Source: Leucoraja ocellata (taxonomy: Eukaryota). From it: DNA of 45,931 nt. The notes beneath the pieces were generated by a model. The model was not told the origin of the DNA, did not search any database, and worked only from the letters and a program-made list of their open reading frames with translations. Shown one piece after another: positions 34,301 to 45,931 of the stretch (its first letter is position 1; the number at the start of each line of letters is the position of its first letter). The translations under genes and the position numbers were made by a program. The DNA is taken from NCBI GenBank assembly GCA_036785375.1, contig JAWMAR010001356.1:248001-293931 (forward strand), given 5' to 3'.

Positions 34301-37300
34301 GTAGGAGTAAACGGGTCCTTTTCACAATGGCAGGCAGTGACTAGTGGGGTACCGCAAGGCTCAGTGCTGGGATCCCAGCTATTTACAATATATATTAATG
34401 ATCTGGATGAGGGAATTGAAGGCAATATCTCCAAGTTTGCGGATGACACTAAGCTGGGGGGCAGTGTTAGCTGTGAGGAGGATGCTAGGAGACTGCAAGG
34501 TGACTTGGATAGGCTGGGTGAGTGGGCAAATGTTTGGCAGATGCAGTATAATGTGGATAAATGTGAGGTTATCCATTTTGCTGGCAAAAACGGGAAAGCA
34601 GACTATTATCTAAATGGTGGCTGATTGGGAAAGGGGGAGATGCAGCGAGACCTGGGTGTCATGGTACACCAGTCATTGAAGGTTGGCATGCAGGTGCAGC
34701 AGGCAGTAAAGAAAGCGAATGGTATGTTAGCTTTCATTGCAAAAGGATTTGAGTGTAGGAGCAGGGAGGTTCTACTGCAGTTGTACAGGGTCTTGGTGAG
34801 ACCACACCTGAAGTATTGCGTACAGTTTTGGTCTCCAAATTGCCATAGAGGGAGTGCAGAGACGGTTCACCAGACTGATTCCTGGGATGTCAGGACTGTC
34901 TTATGAAGAAAACTGGATAGACTTGGTTTATACTCTCTAGAATTTAGGAGATTGAGAGGGGATCTTATAGAAACTTACAAAATCCTTAAGGGGTTGGACA
35001 GGCTAGATGCAGGAAGATTGTTCCCGATGTTAGGGAAGTCCAGGACAAGGGGTCACAGCTTAAGGATAAGGGGGAAATCCTTTAAAACCGAGATGAGAAG
35101 AACTTTTTTCACACAGAGAGTGGTGAATCTCTGGAACTCTCTGCCACAGAGGGTAGTTGAGGCCAGTTCATTGGCTATATTTAAGAGGGAGTTAGATGTG
35201 GCCCTAGTGGCTAAGGGGATCAGGGTGTATGGAGAGAAGGCAGGTACGGGATACTGAGTTGGATGATCAGCCATGATCATATTGAATGGCGGTGCAGGCT
35301 CGAAGGGCCGAATGGCCTACTCCTGCACCTAATTTCTATGTTTCTATCTGCAGCGAGCACGTTCATGGTTGGTTTAACAACCCCAGTCGCAGGAACGGTC
35401 TTCTCAGTCTCTGTAAGTCAAAGAATTGATTATATCATGCTGAGGACAGTTTCCCGCGTCACGGCAAGACCAATACTTGTGTCTAGAATAACCATATATG
35501 GTTCTATCATTCCCCACATCAGTGGGAACCATGGCTGGCTAAGCCCGGCAGGCACTATAAAAATGCTTGAGGCGGGAACTTGCTGAATTTTGCAAACCCG
35601 TCTGATGAGGCAGAAATGGAGGAAGACATAAAAGAACATTCCTCCTTAGTGTAGCTAGAATGTAACCATCGCTACTGACATGCCACATATTTTCCACTGG
35701 TGATTGAGCCTCGATGGAAGCTTCTTGGTCTTTAATGTTGACAATGTATTTTAATACTTTGTGATCCAACACCCATATTGTGTACCATAATGAGGTTTGG
35801 GTAAACTATCACCGGATATTTTGACTTGTTTGCACCCATGTCATCAGACATTTGCCACCACGGAAGTGTATCAACTTGGACTAGAGCATGCAGATTAGGC
35901 ATATTCGCATAAACCTTTAATCCACAGGCACTCAGTGTCTATAGGTAGTTGATACCATGTAACTGAGGAATTGGTAACTCTCCCATCCACATCTGTAACT
36001 AGATGGCATGAGCAATTTCTCATCCTGAACAATAGCATCAGTTTGTAATTTAACTGAAGATTTACTGATTTAGTGGAGTAGCATAGAGCTGGTAACAATG
36101 ACCACATGGTACTTGAGTGCTTACTTCTTTTGCATGCTGTATTGTTTTGATTGTGCAAAGGCCCAAATAGCACAGCTGTAAGCCAATTATACTTGATGAA
36201 CAGAAGGCTGTTTGATCAGGTTTGTTACGGGTTTCAATTAATTCCAATCCTTTACCTCAGGGCGGAGTCTCAGATGATTAATAGAGTTAAAGGTAATCAC
36301 AATAATCAATAATTTCAGTTGGTATCAACTTAAATTTATCTGGACAGATGAGAACCCAATTTCTCAAATGGGTTTGTGGCTGATACAGCTAACTTAGCAA
36401 AATACAGCGTTTAAATCTCATCCAGATAGTTATTAACAATATTTTTTAGCTCTGAGCTGCCGAAGCATTCATTTAGTAAATAACCTGGGAGCTGGTTTCC
36501 CTATTTTGCTATATCATTGCCCCATCCAGTTAAATTTCAGATATTTCCGGCGCACTGTGAATGAAGCTGACCCCATGGGAATTAATAGTCACAAAGTTTC
36601 AATGTCTATACTACACATGCGAGTTGGGCTTGTTGATAATAAGCAGGCCTCATCTGTCATTATAGCGAATCTGCCTAAAGAGGCAACTCCAGCCATATTC
36701 CGAGACTGTCTCGCTTGTACTGTGCAGTATAAACTATCTCTTCCAACCTTCATGTAAATGGTCCACAACACTATGTTTCGGAAAAACCCAGACCCACCTA
36801 CCGTCATGGCTACCGGTGGTTTTATGGTAAGCCCAAAAGGCCCCCGATGCGGGTTTGATTTCCATCCTTGATTGGAGCATAGGGCTGCTGGTGTATGTGG
36901 ACCCCATGTCTTTCCAGGTGCATGGTATCTCCCAGCCGGCACCTGTTCCTCGGACATGCTCCCGAGTTCAGAGTCAGTTGCCAACTGACCCCTCGCACTC
37001 ACCTTCGCAGAAGGGAGTTTTGTAGGCAGCCCTGAAAAGGGTGTGGCCACAGGCTCTCGAGGAGACCTGAGCTGATATGGCCCTCCCTGGCCAATCAGAT
37101 GGGTAAAACATCCGAGGCCGAACCCATGTTGGAGGGGACCCTCTTGGCCTGACCTCCGTCACTGACTTCAGTCAGCCTTAACCTCGTGTGCATCATTTTG
37201 CACATTCTGCTCCTGGGAGGAAGAGAAGCTTCGATTACGGGGTTGGCGCATCTTCCAGAGTCAGCCCAGAAGTGTTTCCTAATGCTCCCCTCTGTCGAGG

Positions 37301-37947
37301 GAGATGCATTATGCAGCCCTCTATGAGGTGCAGCCATGGGTGTCCTAGGACCCCATGGTGACTAAACTCCATATACTGGAGCATGTCACGTTGGAGCATT
37401 TGCTCCATCAACCGCTCCATGCGGGATATGCGATCACAGTCTTCACAGCCCGACTCCCTTCGGTCTGTCCGACTTCTGCTTGGACTTCCCGCCAGTCTGT
37501 GATGTCCATATGGACTGTGCAGGTGCCAGGTGGGAGAATGATGATCGATTAGCGGTCCAGGTGTAGCCAACCGCTGCTGACTGCCCGCACTCCCGTGGTC
37601 CTCCGCAGTCAGTCTCCATTTGGACTTAGTCCATGGTTCCTTTCCTGTAACACATCCTCACAGAAATAGAACTAAACAACCTGAGAGTAAAGAATTTTCC
37701 CGCAGGTCCTGTTTTAAACCTTCTGCTGCGGGGGCAACGCTCTGGGCTTTAGCAGGACCTTTAAACAGAGGTACCTGCAGGAAGATAAAACCTGGAAAAA
37801 TTAAAAAAAAAACTTACCTTCAGGGCTGACTGCTGGCAGGAGAATCGCGCCTGCCAGCCAGTCGTTGCGCAATGCGATAGACGATATACCGCGCATGCGT
37901 GCTGGCGGGGTCTTCGCGTAGTCACTCACGTGACTCCAAAGTAAAAT
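31377..37947 (-). mobile_element. DIRS1-like tyrosine-recombinase retrotransposon with decayed ORFs and intact termini
   Basis: Inverted terminal repeats 31450-31480 and 37890-37920. Internal complementary region 31596-31707. YR-like remnant STKA...DHILAVAGWS near 31930-32010. Confidence 0.88.
32720..35346 (+). mobile_element. Young CR1-type LINE (most of ORF2) inserted in the DIRS element
   Basis: 466-aa ORF 32775-34175 (GVVYRPP, IMGDFN, SDH, NYRPVSL, QHGF), then stops and frameshifts, then tail. Confidence 0.93.
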
Positions 37948-38499
37948 GTGAGGTTATACAAAACAAGAAGGCAGATTATTACCTGAATGGTGTCAGATTA
38001 TGAGAAGAGGATGTGCAAGAGACCTGGTTGTGCTTGTACATCAGTCACTGAAAGTAAGCCTGCAGGTACAGTATACAGTGAAGAAAGCTAATGGCATGTT
38101 GGCCTTCATAGCGAGAGGATTTGAGTTTAGATGTTCTACTGCAGTTGTACAGAGCCCTGGTGAGACCGCACCTGGAGTATTGTGTGCCATTTTGATCCCC
38201 TAATTTGAGGAAGGACCTTATTGCTATTGAGTGAGTGCAGCATAGGTTCACCAGGTTAAACCCGGGATGACGGGACTGACGTATGATGAAAGAATGCGTT
38301 GACTGGACTTGTATTTGCTGGAATTTAGTAGGATGAGAGGGGATCTTATAGAAACATATAACATTATTAGAGCACTGGACAGGGTAGATGCAAACATGAT
38401 GGTCCCGATGTTGGGGGAGTCCAAAACCAGGGTCACTGTTTAAGATTAAGGGATAGGCCATTTAGGACTGAGATGAAGAAAAACTTTTTCACCTGGAGA

Positions 38500-39671
38500 G
38501 ACAATAGACAATAGGTGCAGGAGGAGGCCATTCAGCCCTTCGAGCCAGCACTACCATTCAATGTGATAATGGCTGATCATCCCCAATCAGTACCCCGTTC
38601 TTGCCTTCTCCCCATATCCCCTGACTCCGCTATTTTTAAGAGCCCTATCTAGCTCTCTCTTGACAGCATCCAGAGAACCGGCCTCCACCGCCCTCTGAGG
38701 CAGAGAATTCCACAGACTCACCACTGTCTGTGCGAAAAAGTGTTTCCTCGTCTCTGTTCTAAATGGCTTACTCCTTATTCTTAAACTGTGGCCCCTGGTT
38801 TTGGACTCCCCCAACATCGGGAACATGTTTCCTGCCTCTTGCATGTCCAAACCCTTAACAATCATATGTTTCAATGAGACTCCCTCTCATCCTTCTAAAC
38901 TCCAGAGTATACAAGCCCAGCAGCTCCATTCTCTCAGCATATGACAGTCCCACCATCCCGAGAATTAACCTTGTAAACCTTGTAGCCATGATCATATTGA
39001 ATGGCGGTGCAGGTTCGAAGGGCCGAATGGCCTACTCCTGCACCTATTTTCTATTTTCTAAACCTACGCCGCACTCCCTCAATAGCAAGAATGTCCTTCC
39101 TCAAATTAGGGGAACAAAACTGCACACAATACTCCAGGTGTGGTCTCACTCGGGCTCTGTACAACTGCAGAAGGACCTCTTATCACCAATCTAGCCACGA
39201 TTTCTAGAGTCACTTCCTTAAGTACCCTGGGAAGCAGACCATCAGGCCGTGGGGATTTATCAGCCTTCAGTCCCATCAGTCTATCCAACACCATTCCCTG
39301 CCTAATATGGATTTCCTTCAGTTCCTCCATCACCCCAGTACCTATGACCACTACTATATCCGGAAGATTGTTTGTGTCCTCCTTAGTGAAGACAGATCCA
39401 AAGTATCTGTTCAACTCATCTGCTATTTCTTTGTTCATGAGAGGTGTGAATCTGTGGGATTATCTGCCAGAGGAGGCAGTGGAGTTCAAGTCACTGGATG
39501 TTTTCAAAGAAGGTTAGATTTAGCTCTTAGCGTTAACTAATTCTAGGGATATGGAGAAAATGCTGGTACAGATTTTGGATGATCTGCAATGATCATATTG
39601 AATGGTGGTACTGGCTCGAAGGGCCGAATGGCCTACTACTGCACCTTAATTTCTAAGTTTCTATGTTTCTA
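38500..39671 (-). mobile_element. Mosaic of CR1-type fragments (minus 38500-39438; plus-strand tails 38981-39058 and 39440-39671)
   Basis: ORFs 38587-38874 and 39106-39438, plus tail motifs. Confidence 0.85.
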
Positions 39672-41991
39672 ACCTGTAATCTGAGATCGAACGGCCCAGT
39701 CATGCGATTCATCTGGAACCTTTTGTCTGCCTATGTAATATTAAATTCATTTAAATTCGGTAACATATCGATCATCTTCCCCATTTCTTCTACAAGACTA
39801 CATGTCCATTACATCAAAGTGGGGAAAACTTAATTAACTTTATTAACGCCTCAAACTTCCCTCTAATTGTTTGTGTTTATGTGGCTCAGCGGAGATAGTC
39901 CTTATTAACATAAGAATGCGCATTGAATAAATGATAAAATTACTAATAGCATAAGGAATTAATGCATTTTCAATTCTGCCGAATCAGAATATCCCCCCTC
40001 TTCTACAGACAAAACATTTAATTGTGAATGATGGGCAAGAGGTCACCATGTAACTGAAAGGAAACATCTGTGTCGGTCGTGCTGCTAAATTAATGAGGCA
40101 CTTTCAGTCTGCTGCTCAAACACTGAAAACTCAGATGGTGAAAAACAACGAACAAAATAAAAAACTACCTAGCAACAGATCTCGCAAATTCCAGCTACCA
40201 ATCTCATTGGTTGCATGCTGCATAATTTCAGTTAAATTGTCAGGAGTATCCATTCTGATCATGTAAATCCCGGCTACTGTGTTTGATTGGGATTAGCTTT
40301 CACGTTTACAGTGGGATCAATGTCTCTTAGATTCTGTATGGAATCTGTTTAGAGATTATCTGACACAGAGATATAATGTAGTTCATATGGTGGGTATGAT
40401 TGCTAGTCACACACCACACAGATAGTGACCTGAGTAAAAATGAGTAAAATACCGAATGGATGTTTCCCTTTGCACACTGCAGCCGAGTACATGAAGTGAG
40501 CGCTTCTGCGTGAAGGTCACTGCGTGATATAATGTAGGCGTGCGTGAAAATGTAAAACATATCTGGGATGATCAGTGGGGTCCATGTTCTTTAGCCAGAA
40601 CACACAAACGTTTTAAAAATTGACAAATGCTGCGATCCATGTGTTCCCCCGCCCATTGTATATTTCAATTTGTTTTAGCAAATGAATGCACCGCAATGCA
40701 ACAAAATCAATGATTCAATGATACTTTATTGCCGCATGCAGCTAGATGCAATGAAATTCTTTATGTTTGCATACAATCTAGTTAAATCGCACAGCAGACC
40801 TCACCTAGGCAGTGCACAAAGAGTCGCCATGTTTCTGGCACCATGAAAGTTACAAACTGTCTATCGAACAAACATCGATGACAGTTCAGTCAAAAGTCAA
40901 TTTCAAGTCAACGTCCTGAAAAAATATTTACAAGCATACCAAACTTTAAACTCTAGACTGATTGGAAGATGCAATGAACAATAAGGCTGAATCAAGGAAA
41001 TTAATATCATATTTATACAATAGTATCTTAAATATAGAATTACCACAGACAGAGGCACTTAGAGAAGAATGGGATGAGAACTACTGATAAAAATCCCAAA
41101 AGAAACTTGGGAAAAACACTTGATATATATACATAAATGTTCGATTAATGCAAGACATAATATAATTCAATTTAAAATTCTACACAGATGAAATTATTTG
41201 AAAACTAGATTGCACAAATTCTACCCAAATACTTCCCCCATTTGTGATAAATGTTTATCTCAGAATGCCACTATAGCACACTCTTTTGTTTCTTGTATAA
41301 CATTACACAAATTTTGGAGAGAAATCTTTGACATTTTCACAAAATTACTTAAGATAAAACTTGATCCGAACACTGAATTGATTATATTTGGATTACTGGA
41401 ACTCGAGAATAAATTGACTATGTTTCAAAAATCATTCCTTAATTATGGTTTAATAACGGCAAAAAAACGTATACTGACATTTTGGAAAAATACATCGATA
41501 CCAACACTTAAAATGTGGATTTCAAACATGTTGGAAACCCTACATCTTGAAGAAATACGATTCCTCCTAAGACAAAGTAGACCAATTCCAAAGGATTTGG
41601 TGTCCATTTGTCGACTTCTTACAAGCAAATGGTGCAACACAAACGTAGAAACGATCCGTTTCAGGACTGGGTGAATGGTGGTCAGGAATAACAAATCTCT
41701 CCTTTATTTTTCTGCTTTCTTCATCTGCTTTTCTCTTCATTTTCTTTCTTTTCTCATTTTCCTTTTCTCACTTTCTGATATCACACACTTCTCTATTTTT
41801 TTCTATACTTTTTCTGTCTCCTTTTCATTGTTAAAATAAAAATAATAAGAAGCTGTACATGAAATGTAGCATGCCAATATATACCATATTATTGTACTTG
41901 CATCTAATTTAAAAAAAGTCAATTTCTTTGCACCTATAGAATGGAACCATTTAATCACAGCTAAGCAATGTCGGTATATCTGCTGGAGTCA
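39670..41991 (+). repeat. Copy 2 of the duplicated block, interrupted by an L1-type insertion
   Basis: Colinear with 26740-28196. Confidence 0.9.
40905..41913 (+). mobile_element. L1-clade LINE 3' end with 13-bp TSD
   Basis: CDKC...TIAHSFVSC zinc knuckle, T-rich UTR, A tail. TSD AAAAGTCAATTTC at 40892-40904 and 41914-41926. The empty site is visible in copy 1. Confidence 0.85.
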
Positions 41992-44900
41992 TAGAAACAT
42001 AGAAAATAGGTGCAGGAGTAGGCCATTCAACCCTTCGAGCCTGCACCGCCATTCAATATGATCATGGCTGATCATCCAACTCAGTACCCTGCACCTGACT
42101 TCTCTCCATACCCCCTGATCCCTTTAGCCACAAGGTCCATATCTAACTCCCTCTTAAATACAGCCAATGATCTGGCCTCAACTACCTTCTATGGCAGAGA
42201 ATACCAGAAATTCACCACTATCGGTGTGAAAAACGTTTTTCTCATCTCGGTCCTAAAGGATTTCCCCTTTCCCCTTAAACTGTGACCCCTTGTTCTGGAC
42301 TTCCCCAACATCGGGAACAATCTTCTTGCATCTAGCCTGTCCAACTCCTTAAGAATTTTGTAAGTTTCTATAAGGTCCCCCCTCAATCTTCTAAATTCCA
42401 GCGAGTACAAGCCGAGTCTATCCAGCCTTTCTTCATATGAAAGTCCTGACATCCGAGGAATCAGTCTGGCGAGCCTACTCTGTACTCCCTCTATGGCAAG
42501 AATGTTTTTCCTCAGATTAGGAGACCAAAACTGTACATGATCATATTGAATGGCGGTGCAGGCTCGAAGGGCCGAATGGCCTACTCCTGCACCTAATTTC
42601 TATGTTTCTATAATACTCCAGGTGTGGTCTCACCAATAGCCTGTACAACTGCAGCAGAACCTCCCTGCTCCGATACTCAAATCCTATTGCTATGAATGCT
42701 AACATACCATTCGCTTTCTTCACTGCCTGCTGCACCTGCATGCCTGCTTTCAATGACTGGTGTACCATGACACCCAGGTCTCGTTGCATCTCCCCTTTTC
42801 CCAATCGGCCTCCATTTAGATCATAGTCTACTTTCCTGTTGTTGCCACCAAAGTGGATAACCTCACATTTATCCACATTGTACTGCATCTGCCATACATT
42901 TGCCCTTTCACCCAGCCTATCCAAGTCACCTTGCAGCCTCCTAGTATCCTCCTCACAGCTAACACTGCCCCCCACCCCCAGCTTCGTGTCATCTGCAAAC
43001 CTGGAGATGTTGCCTTCAATTCCCTCGTCCAAATCATTAATATATATTGTAAATAGCTGGGGTCCCAGCACTGAGCCTTGCGGTAGCCCACTAGTCACTG
43101 CCTGCCATTCTGAAAAGGACCCGTTTACTTCTACTTTTTTCTTCCTGTTTGCTAGCCAGTTCTCTATCCACATCAATACTGAACCCCCAATACCGTGTGC
43201 TTTAAGTTTGCATACTAATCTCTTATGTGGGACCTTGTCGAAAGCCTTCTGAAAGTCCAGATATAACACATCCACTGGTTCTCCCCTATCCACTCTACTA
43301 GTTACATCCTCGAAAAATTCTATAAGATTTGTCAGACATGATTTACCTTTCGTAAATCCATGCTGACTTTGTCCAATGATTTCACCACTTTCCAAATGTG
43401 CTGCTATCCCATCATTAATAACTGACTCTAGCAGTTTCTCATTTTCTCTCTCCCTCCTTTTTAAAAAGTGGGTTACATTAGCTACCCTCCAATCCTCAGG
43501 AACTACTCCAGAATCTAAAGGGTTTTGAAAAATTATCACTAATGCATCCACTATTTCTGGAGCTACTTCCTTAAGTACTCTGGGATGCAGCCTATCCGGC
43601 TCTGTGGATTTATCGGCCTTTAATCCATTCAATGTATCTACCACCACTTCCCGACTAACCCGGATTTCCTCCGTCTCATTTGACCCCTGGTTGATTATTT
43701 ATGTCTTCCTTTGTGAAGACGGAACCAAAGTAGTTATTCAATTGGTCTGCCATGCCCTTGTTCCCCTGCTGTGAGGAGGATGCTAGGAGACTGCAAGGTG
43801 ACTTGGATAGGCTGGGTGAGTGGGCAAATGTTTGGCAGATGCAGTATAATGTGGATAAATGTGAGGTTATCCATTTTGGTGGCAAAAACGGGAAAGCAGA
43901 CTATTATCTAAATGGTGGCCGATTGGGAAAGGGGGAGATGCAGCGAGACCTGGGTGTCATGGTACACCAGTCATTGAAGGTAGGCATGCAGGTGCAGCAG
44001 GCAGTAAAGAAAGCAAATGGTATGTTAGCTTTCATTGCAAAAGGATTTGAGTATAGGAGCAGGGAGGTTCTACTGCAGTTGTACAGGGTCTTGGTGAGAC
44101 CACACCTGGAGTATTGCGTACAGTTTTGGTCTCCAAATCTGAGGAAGGACATTATTGCCATAGAGGGAGTGCAGAGACGGTTCACCAGACTGATTCCTGG
44201 GATGTCAGGACTGTCTTATGAAGAAAGACTGGATAGACTTGATTTATACTCTCTAGAATTTACGAGATTGAGAGGGGATCTTATAGAAACTTTCAAAATT
44301 CTTAAGGGGTTGGACAGGCTAGATGCAGGAAGATTGTTCCCGATGTTAGGGAAGTCCAGGACAAGGGGTCGCAGCTTAAGGATAAGGGGGAAATCCTTTA
44401 AAACCGAGATGAGAAGAACTTTTTTCACACAGAGAGTGGTGAATCTCTGGAACTCTCTGCCACAGAGGGTAGTTGAGGCCAGTTCATTGGCTATATTTAA
44501 GAGGGAGTTAGATGTGGCCCTTGTGGCTAAGGGGATTAGGGGGTATGGAGAGAAGGCAGGTACGGGATACTGAGTTGGATGATCAGCCATGATCATATTG
44601 AATGGCGGTGCTGGCTCGAAGGGCCGAATGGCCTACTCCTGCACCTAATTTCTATGTTTCTATGTTTCTATGATCTATTCACCTGTTGCTGACTGCAAGA
44701 CACCTACATTTATTTTAACTTATCTCTTTCTCTTCACGTATCTATAAAAACGTTTGCAGTCAGTTTTTATGGTCCCTGCCAGTTTTCTTTCATAATCTAT
44801 TTTCCCTTTCCTAATTAAGCCCTTTGTCCTCCTCTGCAGGTCTTTGAATTTCTCCCAGTCCTCTGGTAGGCTGCGTTTTCTGGCTTATTTGTTCGCTTCA

Positions 44901-45931
44901 TCTTTTGTTTTGATACTATCCCTGATTTCCCTTGTTATCCAGGATGCACTACCTTCCCTGATTTATTCTTTTGCCAAACTGGGATGAACAATTGTTATAG
45001 TTCATCTATGCAGACTTTAAATGCCTTCCATTGCATATCCACCGTCAATCCTTTAAGAATCAATTTCCAGTCAATCTTGGCCAATTCACGTCTCATACCC
45101 TCAAAGTTACCTTTCCTTAAGTTCAGAACAATTGTTTCTGAATTAACGATGTCACTCTCCATCCTAATGAAGAACTCAACCATATTATGGTCACTCTTGC
45201 CCAAGGGGGCACGTACAACAAGACTGCTAACTAACCCTTCCTCATTACTCAATACCCAGTCTAAAATAGCCTGCTCTCTCGTTGGTTCCTCTACATGTTG
45301 ATTTAGATAACTATCCCGCATACATTCCAAGAAATCCTCTTCCTCAGCACCCCTGCCAATTTGATTCACCCAATCCATATGTAGATTGAAGTCACCCATT
45401 ATAACTGTTTTACCTTTGTCGCACGCATTTCTAATTTCCTGTTTGATACCATCTCCAACTTCACTACTCCTGTTAGGTGGCCTGTACACAACTCCCACTA
45501 GCGTTTTCTGCCCCTTAGTGTTTCACAGCTCTACCCATATGGATTCCACATCCTCCAAACTAATGTCCTTCCTTTCTATTGCGTTAATCTCCTCTCTAAC
45601 CAGCAACGCTACCCCACCTCCTTTTCCTTTCTCTCTATCCCTCCTGAATATTGAATATCCCTGGATGTTCAGCTCCCAGCCTTGGTCACCCTGGAGCCAT
45701 GTCTCCGTGATCCCAACTATATCATAATCATTAATAGCTATTTGCACATTCAACTCATCCACTTTATTACGAATGCTCCTTGCATTGAGACACAAAGCCT
45801 TCAGGCTTGTTTTTACAACACTCTTACCCCTTATACAATTATGTTGAAAAGTGGCCCTTTTTGATTTTTGCCCTGGATTTGTCTGCCTGCCACGTTGACT
45901 TTTCACCTTGCTACCTATTGCTTCTATAAGA
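41991..45931 (-). mobile_element. Near-complete CR1-type ORF2 (APE endonuclease + RT), decayed, interrupted at 42537-42611 and 43768-44672
   Basis: CLNARSIRNK...GITETWL, GVVYRPP and RT ORF 42541-43647. Tail at 41991. Confidence 0.92.
43768..44672 (+). mobile_element. Young CR1-type 3' end inserted in opposite orientation into the same family
   Basis: Open ORF 43752-44573 and tail. The host sequence resumes across the insertion. Confidence 0.92.

Larger units (their letters stand above)
30810..38500 (+). mobile_element. Old CR1-type LINE (30810-31379 and 37945-38500), host of the DIRS insertion
   Basis: The flanks rejoin as AATGTGGATT-AAT-GTGAGGTTAT, matching AATGTGGATAAATGTGAGGTTAT in other copies. 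Confidence 0.8.

Overview
Eukaryotic genomic DNA, very likely from a cartilaginous fish. This is inferred from the Ig V sequence and the repeat families; a skate or ray is plausible but unproven. The only host gene seen is at the left end on the minus strand: an unrearranged immunoglobulin heavy-chain-type cluster with a leader exon, an IgM-like VH exon with a 23-RSS, and a WGxG J segment with a 12-RSS. No D segment lies between V and J, so a heavy-chain-type gene is configured for one-step V-to-J joining. Its C exons should lie left of the window. The remaining ~43 kb is mostly nested mobile DNA. This includes many CR1-type LINE copies, Rex1/Babar LINE ends, an L1-type 3' end, tRNA-derived V-SINEs, Penelope-derived hairpins with hammerhead ribozyme motifs, a DIRS element with intact ends, and a MITE. 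It also includes a THAP/P-element-like transposon holding three 31-36 bp TSD-flanked hairpins that resemble P-element excision footprints, and a ~1.45 kb non-coding block present twice. There are three assembly gaps.
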